Positions 55,893 to 64,000 of a stretch of DNA of 64,000 nt are shown piece by piece. A program made the position numbers and the translations under genes. Origin of the DNA: a virus (Duplodnaviria; Caudoviricetes); the IMG/VR virus record IMGVR_UViG_2934156241_000002, positions 1 through 64,000 of that record; one strand, written 5' to 3'. The notes under the pieces are model-generated. The model was not told the DNA's origin, ran no database searches, and worked only from the letters and a program-made list of their open reading frames with translations. How positions within the stretch are numbered: the stretch's first letter is position 1; the number at the start of each line of letters is the position of its first letter.

Positions 55893-56357
55893 TCAGGCGG
55901 TGTAGGTGAAGCCGTTGGTCTTGGTGACGTTGCCGGCGTCGTCGGCGAGGACGACGTTAACCGCTCCGGCTGCACCTGCGGGCGTCTTGACTCGGAGCTC
56001 GGTCGTGGAAGTGACCTTGAGCTCCGTTCCGGCGGTGGCGCCGAAGTTCACCGCGGACGCGCCGTCGAACCCGGTGCCTGTGATGGTGACGGTCGTGCCG
56101 CCCGCGGCCGCCCCGGTGGCGGGCGAGATGGTGGCGATGGTGGCCGTGGTGAACAGCCGGTCGATCACGGACTGAGGAACGATGTCTCCGGCCTCGTAGA
56201 GCAGGTGGCGGCGAGACCCCTCGGGGCGGCCGTCGCCGCGACCGTACGGCTCGGTCAAGTAGACGTTCTCGGTGATCCGCTTGGGCGGGTCGGTGACGGC
56301 GACCGCGGGGAACGCCGCCTTCGTGATTCGCTGTCCGGTCGCTCGGTAGAGGCCCAT
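55893..56357 (-). CDS. IPT/TIG (Ig-like) domain protein, probable capsid decoration
   Basis: ISPATGAAAGGTTVTITGTGF...VNFG...LRVKTPAG...FTY. Confidence 0.8.
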   Translation of the reverse strand: MGLYRATGQRITKAAFPAVAVTDPPKRITENVYLTEPYGRGDGRPEGSRRHLLYEAGDIVPQSVIDRLFTTATIATISPATGAAAGGTTVTITGTGFDGASAVNFGATAGTELKVTSTTELRVKTPAGAAGAVNVVLADDAGNVTKTNGFTYTA

Positions 56358-56434
56358 GGGTGTCCTTCCGTAGTTGATGGCTACGAAGGATGAACCGGGG
56401 TGACGACTACCGTCGCGCCTGCCCGATCCGGCGC

Positions 56435-56462
56435 TTGCACAATTGTGCAAGAACGATCTTGG
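56435..56462. promoter_or_regulatory. parS-like palindrome, copy 2
   Basis: TTGCACAATTGTGCAAGAACGATCTTGG, identical to 16366-16393. Confidence 0.65.
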
Positions 56463-56469
56463 TCGAGTT

Positions 56470-57717
56470 TCACAGGAGCCGGAGGTCGTCCCAGCCGTCC
56501 GGGCCGACGCTGAACACCATGAGCCCGGACGCGGACACTTCGCCGCTGCGGGCGGTGTACCAGTCGGACCCGTTGTCGAGCGTCGGCGCCTGGAGCCACA
56601 GGCGGCCGTTGCCGACCTGCTGCGCTCGCCAGTGGTGAAAGTGCCCGGTGATGAGGATGTCCGCGTCCGCGATCGGCTGCCGGCCGAACGTCTGGCCTCG
56701 CCACCAATCCACGGCCTTGTCCGGTCGCGCGTACTGGTGTCCGTGCGCCAGGCCCACGATGGTTCCGGCGACGTCCAGCGATACCGATTCCCGCCACCGC
56801 TCCGGCATGACGAAGCTGACGTGTCCGTAGGCGTCCTCGTTGCGGGCGTAGGCATCGGCGATCTGCGACAGGACCTCTATGCCCCAGTCGTCGCTGGGCG
56901 GTCCGACGGCCTCACGGTTGCGGCGCACCCGCCCGTGGTTGGAACCGCACGTCGCGGCGACGACCCGATCGAAGCGCCCGGCGAGGCGGTCCAGGCCCTC
57001 GAACGTGATCCGGCGGTGGACGCGGACCATCTCGGTCATCGTCAGATCGTTGGTGTGCGCCTGCTGCGCAGTGTTCTCGACGTTCTCGACGCAGTCCCCG
57101 GCATCCAACCAGTACGCGGCCGTGGGGCCACGACCGAGGGCCTTGAGGTCGCGTACGTGGTCGTCGAGCTTGTCGAAGCGATCGGCTACACGCGCAACAA
57201 GTTCGCGAGTTCCGCCGTCCCTGCCGACTTTCCCGGCCTGGGCGTCGGCGTAAACGACGATCAGGGCCCGCTGTGCCGCGTCGAGCACGGTACGGGGCTT
57301 GCGGCGGCGGCGCAGCGCGTCGCGCACGAGGGCGTCGACGTCGCCGGTGGACAGCCATGCTGAGGCTGCCGGTTCGATGACGTACCGGCAGCGCCACACA
57401 GCGCGGGTGACCGCGTCCTCGCCCTCGGCATCACGGTGCCAGGCGGCCGGGTCATGCCGGGCCTCAGCAAGTCGGACTCGGAATCCATCCGGGATGGCGA
57501 GTCCCATCTCCTCGACCCGCTCGCGCCAGTCGGCCTCTCCGGCGGGCGGCTGCTCGGCGGGCGGGGCGGTGACGACCATCGACCCGCCCGGCTCGTACCG
57601 CACCCCGCTTTCCCAACCACGGGGGACGGCCGGCTGGAGCCGCTGCGTCTGCGTCGGCTGAGATTGGTCGTGGGAGGCCGGTTCGAGGAGCGCTTGCAGG
57701 TCGTTGCTCAGGCTCAT
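56470..57717 (-). CDS. calcineurin-like metallophosphoesterase
   Basis: ADAQAGK, AGDCVE, GSNHG, AHGH, GHFHH motifs. Confidence 0.85.
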   Translation of the reverse strand: MSLSNDLQALLEPASHDQSQPTQTQRLQPAVPRGWESGVRYEPGGSMVVTAPPAEQPPAGEADWRERVEEMGLAIPDGFRVRLAEARHDPAAWHRDAEGEDAVTRAVWRCRYVIEPAASAWLSTGDVDALVRDALRRRRKPRTVLDAAQRALIVVYADAQAGKVGRDGGTRELVARVADRFDKLDDHVRDLKALGRGPTAAYWLDAGDCVENVENTAQQAHTNDLTMTEMVRVHRRITFEGLDRLAGRFDRVVAATCGSNHGRVRRNREAVGPPSDDWGIEVLSQIADAYARNEDAYGHVSFVMPERWRESVSLDVAGTIVGLAHGHQYARPDKAVDWWRGQTFGRQPIADADILITGHFHHWRAQQVGNGRLWLQAPTLDNGSDWYTARSGEVSASGLMVFSVGPDGWDDLRLL

Positions 57718-57989
57718 CGCTCGCACCGGCATCCGTTGGACTGGCCACGGCGTCGGTGGCGGGCGACCGTGGACGCGGTGACCGGGTCGCCGTACCGGCT
57801 GAGCGTGTCGGCGAGGGCCCGAGCGGGGACACGGGGGGCGTCCAGCGCTGCGCGGAGGGAAGCTGCGGCCTTCTCGTCCGCGACGGCCAGGAAGGCGCCG
57901 ACGCTGCAATACGGTCCTCGGTGCATAGCGGGGGCGCTGGCGAGCGCGTCCAGCTCCTCTACGAGGCCAAGGGGTTGTTTCTCGATCAC
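57714..57989 (-). CDS. small Cys/His protein coupled to the phosphoesterase
   Basis: GGAGG RBS; YCSVG...TVARHRRR...CRC. Confidence 0.65.
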   Translation of the reverse strand: MIEKQPLGLVEELDALASAPAMHRGPYCSVGAFLAVADEKAAASLRAALDAPRVPARALADTLSRYGDPVTASTVARHRRRGQSNGCRCER

Positions 57990-58023
57990 CAGCGTCCTCC
58001 GTCGTCGTGATGGTGGTGCGTGG

Positions 58024-58059
58024 AGGGGGTGCACCCGTGTATGCCCGGGTGCACCCCCT
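58024..58059 (-). terminator. hairpin after the major capsid gene
   Basis: AGGGGGTGCACCCG-N8-CGGGTGCACCCCCT. Confidence 0.7.
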
Positions 58060-58073
58060 TACCGGCGTTCCGG

Positions 58074-59363
58074 TCAGCCGGTCGGCTCGGTCCACTGGCC
58101 GATGACGAAGCTCTCGGGCCGCGGGACCTCGAGCGCCAGGCGCTCGTCCGCGCGGAAGGTGATCAGCCCCTTCTCGAAGTTCTCGCCATTCTCGGAGCTG
58201 ACGGTGACGGAGACGTTCTCCCGGTCGTGGAGCTGGGCGCCGAGCCCGAACGCTCCGATGAGGAAGTCCGTGTCGGCCATCGCCGTGGTCTCGACCACGT
58301 TGAGCCTCCAGACCTTCTTCTCGGCGCCGATGGCTACGGCGATGGCGACGCGGAAGGCTCCGTTGTCGTCCTCTTCGACCTCGACGTGCTCCCACATCGT
58401 CGGGGACAGGACGATGCCGGTCGGCTCGTACTCGGCCAGAAGCGCCTTGGTGATTGCGCGCCGGATCTGGACGGAGTACTTGTCGCTGTTCAGTCCGGTG
58501 TACTGCTGCACGCCGGGGGTGTTGTAGATGCCGGTCAGGGACTGGCCGTCACCGACGGAGTGCAGGAGGTCCCAGTCCTCGGCGAACTTCACGCCCTCGG
58601 TCATCCTGGTGTTGATGAACGTCTTCAGGCGCGGTTCGTCGGACAGGATGTTCTTGTGGGCGTCCAGCAGGTGGGCTACTTCGGCGACCGGGTACATCAC
58701 CGGGGTCAGCGAAAGCTTCGACCGAGGGGCACGGCCCCAGGTGTCGGTGTCCGCACCGGTCGCCGGCGAACTGCCGTCGGCGGCGTAGCGCTCCTTCACC
58801 TGGCGGGCGTTGTTCGTCCAGCCAGTCTCTCGGGCGCCGTAGAGAACGGTCTGCTTGGTCGAGGACTTCGGGAACAGGTCGCGCACGTGCCACTTGCGGT
58901 AGGCCCGCTCGGCGATGCCCAGGTTCTGGACGCTGCCGAGGGTCTGGTGCGTGACCGTGCCCGCGGACAGGGAGAAGATCGACTTCCCCTCCATCGCCGC
59001 GCGGATGTACGGACGGTCGTCGAACCCGGCGGAGGTGGCGCGCTTGAAGGCGTCGGACTCGACGAACAGGTCACCGAGCGACTTCTGCTCCATGCCGCGC
59101 ACCTGGCCGTAGTGGCTGGCCGCAGCCGGCTGGGTGTCCGGCGCGTCGAGGTACTGCTTGATCTCGACCAGGCCCTGCTCGGCGTCGATGAGGCTCTTGA
59201 TCTCCTGCGCCTCGCTGGAGACCTTGCGGAAGGCAGTGGCCTGTTCGGTCGAGACGACGAAGTTGCCGTCTTCGACCTTGAACGCCTGGCTGATCGTCTC
59301 GGCCTCGGCGCTCTTGACCTGGAGCTGCTTCTGCAGCTCCTTGATGCGAGCGTTGTCGGGCAT
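58074..59363 (-). CDS. HK97-fold major capsid protein
   Basis: Coiled-coil N-domain; KSLGDLFVESDAF; VRDLFP; NFEKGLITFRADERLALEVPRPESF. Confidence 0.92.
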   Translation of the reverse strand: MPDNARIKELQKQLQVKSAEAETISQAFKVEDGNFVVSTEQATAFRKVSSEAQEIKSLIDAEQGLVEIKQYLDAPDTQPAAASHYGQVRGMEQKSLGDLFVESDAFKRATSAGFDDRPYIRAAMEGKSIFSLSAGTVTHQTLGSVQNLGIAERAYRKWHVRDLFPKSSTKQTVLYGARETGWTNNARQVKERYAADGSSPATGADTDTWGRAPRSKLSLTPVMYPVAEVAHLLDAHKNILSDEPRLKTFINTRMTEGVKFAEDWDLLHSVGDGQSLTGIYNTPGVQQYTGLNSDKYSVQIRRAITKALLAEYEPTGIVLSPTMWEHVEVEEDDNGAFRVAIAVAIGAEKKVWRLNVVETTAMADTDFLIGAFGLGAQLHDRENVSVTVSSENGENFEKGLITFRADERLALEVPRPESFVIGQWTEPTG

Positions 59364-59585
59364 TGCTGGTTCTCCCTGGTGCTGGGGGCGGTTGACGTGC
59401 GTCGCTCGCCCGGCCAGCACCGGGACGCCTCAACGCGAGGCGGAATAGAAGACGGCGGGGGTGGTTAACGTCGCGTGCTGCCCGCTCAGGCCGTCAGGAG
59501 CGGGCAGCACATTGGGTTTGACCTGCTGTTTTGTAACTCATGACGCTGGGCGGGGCGCTGCAGACAGTGCGTGGAGGTGTGCGAC

Positions 59586-61529
59586 TCAGCCCCGCATCAA
59601 GGCGAGTGCGGACTTCACCTCGTCCTCGCTCATGCGCACTGTCCCCTCCTCGTCCTCGTCCTCGTCGTCGATGTCGTCTTCGACGGGCGGCGGGGGCCCC
59701 GTGGTCGGCGCTTCGCCGGGTACTTCGTCGTCGTCCTCTTCGCTGAATGTGTACTCGTCCCACAGGTCCATTCCGGTCGGTCCGGCCGTCGGAGCGGAGG
59801 CGGGCACCGCCTCGACCTTCTCCCGGTCGTCGTCAACGTTCAGGCCCTTCGCGGAGAGAGCGGCGATCAGCGTGCGCACCTTGTCCCGTACTCCCTCCAG
59901 ATGAGTCGGCTCCGCCTCCACGGAGGTGATGCGGGCGGTCGCGTCGGCGAGCGCTTCGACGGTGGGCTGCACGATTCGGGCGTCGACGTCCTCGGCTTCT
60001 GTGGCCGCGCGCTGCGCGCCCGTCCCTTCCGGAAGGACAACGGTGGCAAGTTCAACGGGCTGTGGCGTACCGAGGCTGATGTCGCCCGGACCGGTGGCCG
60101 TGTAGGGGATCGAGTAGTGGCTGCTGGTGCCCAGCTCCTCGGCGTGCACGGACACGATGACGCGGTCCGGGTACGTGCCCTCGATGCACGTCCACGTCTC
60201 GCCGCCCTGGTTGAGGAGTTCGCGGACACTGTCGGACAGGCGGGCGCGGAACTGTTCCAGGGACTCGGGCAGGGGATTGGGGGACATCGCGGAAACCTCC
60301 GGGAGGGACATGAAACGGCTCTTGGCCTCGGCAACCGTGGAACGGGCGGACTTGTGCTCGATGCGCGGCACAGCCCGTGCGGCGGCCACCGCGGCGCGCG
60401 CAGACTTCGCTTCCGCGGCGCCGAGCACGGCATAGGTACTCATCACGCCGGCGGCGAACTGCTGCGCCTCGGTGTTGGGCTTCGGGCTGGCGGTGCCCTG
60501 GGGCAGACTGGCACCGGCCAGAAGAGACCACGGAAAGTCCCGGCACTCAGGCCGGAGCAGCGGCATGTCGGGGAGGGCCGTGATCGGCCACCAGGCGGTG
60601 ACCTCGGTGGCGTCGCCTGTGGGGTCGTCCGGATTGGCCACGCGCCGCTCGCTGTGCGGACGGTTGAGGGGGATGTAGGACTCGCCGGGGACCATGGCGA
60701 CGAACCCGCGGTAGATGCCGTTCGGAGCGGTCCAGGAACCGACGACGCTCGTCGGGCCGGGAAGGTCCGCGCCTACTTCTTCCTGCCACTCGCGCACAGC
60801 GGCGGCGAGCGGGTCCTCGCCGTCCTCCAGGTGCCCGCCCGGGATCTCCCAGGTACCTGCGGCTGGATCGTCGTCGTCGAGGGCACGCTGGAGCAGCAGG
60901 AGACGACCGGTGTCCTCGGCCTTGACCGCCAGTCCGGCAACCTTGATACGGCCTCCGTCCGTCGGCTGGTCGAGCTCTACGGCGCCCGGCGTCGCCTTGT
61001 ACTCCATGCCCGGATTGGCCGCGGCCTTCACCTCGAGCGCGCGGGTCATGGGGTGCGCGCCGTGAAGGACGGGGCTCACCTCGAACAGGTCGAGTCGGTG
61101 GATGACGCGGACGCCATCACTGCGGCGGGTGGCGCCTTCGGTTGGTACCCGGTAGCCGATGGAGAACGCGGCTTCGTCGTGCTTGAACCACTGCATCACC
61201 TGCTCGTAGGCGTCGCGGCCCTTACTCGTGCGCCGGTTGTACTCGACGCTGGCGACCAGGGCGCCGGCCTCGGCCGGCCAGTCGGGGACGTCGGCGAACC
61301 GGGGGTCGCCGGGCATCCACTCCTCGACGTCAAGAACGACGCCGACGACCTCTTTCCATTCGTGGTGCCAGACGGCTTTGACGCGGCGGTTGGCGAGGGT
61401 GCGTGTGAAGGCGCCGGGGGTGATGAGGTCGTTGACCTCGTCGACTATGCCGGTGACGGCGTAGATTGCCCGGCTGGTGCCTCGCAGGGGGTTCGGGTGT
61501 GACGATCTGGTGGGTGGAGCGCTCGGCAC
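59586..61529 (-). CDS. HK97-type prohead protease fused to a Nudix hydrolase and an acidic C-terminal region
   Basis: DLITPGAF, WHHE, FSIGY, LFEVSPVLHGAHP; Nudix box GGHLEDGEDPLAAAVREWQEEVG. Confidence 0.85.
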   Translation of the reverse strand: MPSAPPTRSSHPNPLRGTSRAIYAVTGIVDEVNDLITPGAFTRTLANRRVKAVWHHEWKEVVGVVLDVEEWMPGDPRFADVPDWPAEAGALVASVEYNRRTSKGRDAYEQVMQWFKHDEAAFSIGYRVPTEGATRRSDGVRVIHRLDLFEVSPVLHGAHPMTRALEVKAAANPGMEYKATPGAVELDQPTDGGRIKVAGLAVKAEDTGRLLLLQRALDDDDPAAGTWEIPGGHLEDGEDPLAAAVREWQEEVGADLPGPTSVVGSWTAPNGIYRGFVAMVPGESYIPLNRPHSERRVANPDDPTGDATEVTAWWPITALPDMPLLRPECRDFPWSLLAGASLPQGTASPKPNTEAQQFAAGVMSTYAVLGAAEAKSARAAVAAARAVPRIEHKSARSTVAEAKSRFMSLPEVSAMSPNPLPESLEQFRARLSDSVRELLNQGGETWTCIEGTYPDRVIVSVHAEELGTSSHYSIPYTATGPGDISLGTPQPVELATVVLPEGTGAQRAATEAEDVDARIVQPTVEALADATARITSVEAEPTHLEGVRDKVRTLIAALSAKGLNVDDDREKVEAVPASAPTAGPTGMDLWDEYTFSEEDDDEVPGEAPTTGPPPPVEDDIDDEDEDEEGTVRMSEDEVKSALALMRG

Positions 61530-61588
61530 GGCGGGAAACCTCCGGCGGTGGACAGTGGGCCGCCGGGCACCGTGCCGTTCGCGTCTGC

Positions 61589-61798
61589 CTAATGTCCTGT
61601 GCTGGCCGTGGGCTGGTCCGTGGCGTCTTCCGTCTCCGACCGCGCCATGGACCAACCGCGCATCCAGTAGCGGTGCCCGAACTGCTGCTCCGCGTTGCCG
61701 GCCCGGTTGTAGGGGCTGGAGTCGGCCGGGTCTCCGGCCTGGTAGGCGGCCTTGCCTTCCTGCTGCAGCGTCAGGCAGGCCTGGCGGTTCAACTCCAC
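61589..61798 (-). CDS. Rmf/CrpP-fold-like small protein
   Basis: QEGKAAYQAGDPADSSPY...WMRGW; GAGGGAG RBS. Confidence 0.55.
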   Translation of the reverse strand: MELNRQACLTLQQEGKAAYQAGDPADSSPYNRAGNAEQQFGHRYWMRGWSMARSETEDATDQPTASTGH

Positions 61799-61811
61799 GT
61801 CGTCAGCTCCC

Positions 61812-62402
61812 TCACTGGAACATCGAATCCTGTACGCCACGATCGGACGGAGGGGCGTTCTCGGGCTGATCGGTGCCTTCGGCCTGGCTGTGCGTGCGGG
61901 TCATCTGCGCGCCGTCGACGTCGATCGCCCACGCGTCCGGGTCGGTGTAGCGCCACACCTGGCCGGTTCCGTCCCGGACCCACCCTGTGAGTGTGCCGTC
62001 CGGGGCCCGGTCCAGCCAAGCCTGTTCGCCGTTGCTGCCGGTGTATGCGGACCATGAGTCGGCCGGGTCGGTCTCGTCGCCCTCGTCGTACATGTCTCCG
62101 GCCCACGGGCGTGAGTCGTCGGGCGGGGGTTCTACTTCGGCAGTCGGTTCCTCGCTGGGCAGGGGGGCGGCGCTCTCGGAGCCCTCCGCAGGGGGCTCGG
62201 CGGCGGGATCCGCCGGAGACGCAGCAGGGTCTCCTGGTGGCGTTTGCGGGTCAGAGGGAAGCTCCCCGAAGGCGGCCGAGGGGTCTTCCTCCTCGAGCAC
62301 CTCGTCGTCGGCGGTTTCCGCCTGGTCGTCGTCTTCTTCGTCGTCCCCGAACGGCTTACCGCCCTTGGGGAGAGCCTTGATGGCGAATCCGTATCTGGTC
62401 AC
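61812..62402 (-). CDS. acidic hypothetical protein
   Basis: Asp/Glu/Pro-rich N-half, Trp-rich beta C-half; late motif upstream. Confidence 0.65.
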   Translation of the reverse strand: MTRYGFAIKALPKGGKPFGDDEEDDDQAETADDEVLEEEDPSAAFGELPSDPQTPPGDPAASPADPAAEPPAEGSESAAPLPSEEPTAEVEPPPDDSRPWAGDMYDEGDETDPADSWSAYTGSNGEQAWLDRAPDGTLTGWVRDGTGQVWRYTDPDAWAIDVDGAQMTRTHSQAEGTDQPENAPPSDRGVQDSMFQ

Positions 62403-62460
62403 GGGCGGAGGATGGCGGGTGCCGCCGCTTGTGTCCCGGCCACACCCGCCACCAATCCGC

Positions 62461-62492
62461 CCAAGATCATGCCTGCACAATTGTGCAAGCGC
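62461..62492. promoter_or_regulatory. parS-like palindrome, copy 3 (inverted, 3 mismatches)
   Basis: Reverse complement reads GCGCTTGCACAATTGTGCAGGCATGATCTTGG. Confidence 0.6.
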
Positions 62493-62497
62493 TCGGA

Positions 62498-62767
62498 TTA
62501 CCCGGAAACACGGGCTTCCCGAGGCGCACCGCGCCCCTCTTCCAGGACGCTGGTGTACTCCCGCAGCACGGCGAGCACAGTCGCCTCATCGTCCCCGCTG
62601 ACCGCCCGCACGGGGCCGGTCGGAGACAGGGAGATGGGGCGGCTCTGGTGGAGCTCCACCAAGGCCGCTGCACGATGCGACCCGATCACCGGGCGGTCGG
62701 CCCGCCCGGTGATCTGCACTGTGTAGGTCGCGCCGTCGTCGAACCTGCCGGTGACGGTGAACGGCAA
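62498..62767 (-). CDS. hypothetical protein (89 aa)
   Basis: AAGGAG RBS before TTG. Confidence 0.65.
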   Translation of the reverse strand: MPFTVTGRFDDGATYTVQITGRADRPVIGSHRAAALVELHQSRPISLSPTGPVRAVSGDDEATVLAVLREYTSVLEEGRGAPREARVSG

Positions 62768-62777
62768 GGCGTTCTCC

Positions 62778-63998
62778 TTATCGTGTGGCGAGCAGGCCCA
62801 GAAGGAATGCCCGCAGGTCGTCGTCCAAATACCAGTCGCCGCTGAACATCGCCTGAACGGATCGGGCGAGAGTGTCACCGGTGTCCGTTTGTGTCTGCGT
62901 CCGGGACAGGAGTCGCCCCAGCGCGGTGTACCGCATGCGTCGCGCCCCGGGCCGGCCGGTGTGGGTCTGCGTGAACCAGAACACCCTCTGTGCGGCGTCG
63001 AGGTCACCGAGATGCTGCGCAAGGTGCTGCGCCAGAGCGTTGCCAGCGGTTCCAAGCCCTCCGTCGGCGAGGTCGGCGACCGTGATGCGCTGCCCGTTCG
63101 CGTCGTAGCGGCCCTCAGGCCCGTTCACGGCCGTCACCCGGCGGGTGGCCGGAGTGTTGAGCCAGGATCGCGGGATGAGGCGCTGAACGCCCCGTACCGA
63201 CCCTTCCGCATCGGAGTCGCTGTCCGGCGCGAACACGAGGCTGGTGTTGCCTTCCGGTCCCATGTCGCGGATGTCAGCGAGGGCGGCCGCGACCGCGTCA
63301 GGCACCGCCGCGGCGTACCGGGCGCGCAGTGCCTCGTACTCGCGTCGGGCGCCGTTAACCTCCATGCGGGCAGCGGTGATCTCGACCTCGAGTTCCGGGT
63401 CATCCGGGAGGGTCGAGCTGCTGCGTGCTGCCTGCAGGTTGACCAGGCGCCGCTCGCTGGTGGCCACGTAGTCGTCCGCGTGCTGCAGAGTGCTATGCGG
63501 GTCCTCGCCGAAGTCGTCGCCCAGAGCTCCAGCCAGACGGCGGGTCACCTCTTGGTCGACGTCGCTGCCGGCCGCACGAAGAGCGGCCATGTGACGCAGT
63601 GCGGTAAGGCCGGGGCCGCCGTCGACGGCACGGTCCGGTGTCCAGTGGACACGGTCCGACCGTTCCGGGAGGCGACCGGCGGCAAGCTGCGTCCACGTGG
63701 TGGGGCGCCACCACGTGACCCTGCGGGGGGCCTGTCCGAAGCGGCCGGGCTCCGGCATCAGCCCTGCCCAGTGGGCGACTCGGGAAGCCAGCGACTCACC
63801 GTCGGTGGTGGGCAGCGTGACCGCTCGGTGAAGACGGGCGAGCCGGCGGGACTCCGGCCACTGGCGGACGCGGCGAACGAGCCGGCCGAGGAACGCGCGA
63901 AGACGCCTCATTCGCTCGCGCGCGCCGCGCCACTTTTCGCCGATCTCCTGGGCACCGGCCTTCACCAGTTCCACAAGGCGCTTCGCCATCCGGATAAG
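62778..63998 (-). CDS. C-terminal part of a large head-region protein, truncated by the window edge
   Basis: Frame open to the window end; coiled coil, then a zincin-like fold lacking HExxH. Confidence 0.65.
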   Translation of the reverse strand, partial: LIRMAKRLVELVKAGAQEIGEKWRGARERMRRLRAFLGRLVRRVRQWPESRRLARLHRAVTLPTTDGESLASRVAHWAGLMPEPGRFGQAPRRVTWWRPTTWTQLAAGRLPERSDRVHWTPDRAVDGGPGLTALRHMAALRAAGSDVDQEVTRRLAGALGDDFGEDPHSTLQHADDYVATSERRLVNLQAARSSSTLPDDPELEVEITAARMEVNGARREYEALRARYAAAVPDAVAAALADIRDMGPEGNTSLVFAPDSDSDAEGSVRGVQRLIPRSWLNTPATRRVTAVNGPEGRYDANGQRITVADLADGGLGTAGNALAQHLAQHLGDLDAAQRVFWFTQTHTGRPGARRMRYTALGRLLSRTQTQTDTGDTLARSVQAMFSGDWYLDDDLRAFLLGLLATR

Positions 63999-64000
63999 AA

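Larger units (their letters stand above)
1..64000. mobile_element. Temperate siphovirus-like phage-plasmid or prophage of an actinomycete; extends beyond both window edges
   Basis: Capsid, protease, tail tube, chaperone frameshift, tape measure, holin and endolysin genes occur with ParA, an iteron Rep and a TA pair; no host housekeeping genes seen. Confidence 0.88.

Noticed and set aside
60540-60960. Insert in the protease gene as an intein or homing endonuclease
   Set aside because: No intein splice motifs or LAGLIDADG/HNH signature; it carries a Nudix box.
1-64000. tRNA, rRNA, integrase/att sites or linear-replicon telomeres
   Set aside because: None recognised by eye; tRNAscan-SE and the flanking sequence are needed to exclude them.

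Overview
High-GC (Streptomyces-type) window that is almost entirely one temperate phage or phage-plasmid with a long non-contractile tail. No integrase, rRNA, tRNA or CRISPR array was recognised. All protein calls come from motifs read by eye, not database searches. (1) 1-14.4 kb: divergent small unknown genes plus a PAPS-reductase-family gene, many with a shared leader of an asymmetric box, an AGAGCA-loop hairpin and CCGAACGAAGGAACACC before the start codon. (2) 14.5-23.8 kb: parA with an atypical partner gene; a five-gene operon (XRE/EspR-like regulator, ImmA/IrrE-like peptidase, MAB_1171c-like membrane protein, PAP2-like phosphatase, cis-prenyltransferase); a MazF-type TA pair; and a wHTH Rep gene with iterons and a DnaA box. 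(3) 24-26.6 kb: BldN-like ECF sigma, RsbN-like anti-sigma and a Pro/Thr-rich membrane protein. (4) 26.7-36.4 kb: ssb, endolysin, TerS-like and ParB-like genes, then a second replication module (initiator + DnaC-like ATPase), a DUF2637-like protein and a Sak4-like ATPase. (5) 36.4-37.2 kb: a non-coding tract dense in GCGCGC. (6) 37-64 kb, minus strand: lysis, tail, neck and head genes with the chaperone -1 frameshift and unusual cargo (poly-gamma-glutamate hydrolase, metallophosphoesterase, protease-Nudix fusion, Rmf-like protein). Four independent dispersed motifs were found: hairpin leader, operator-like box, parS-like palindrome and late-promoter-like 11-mer.
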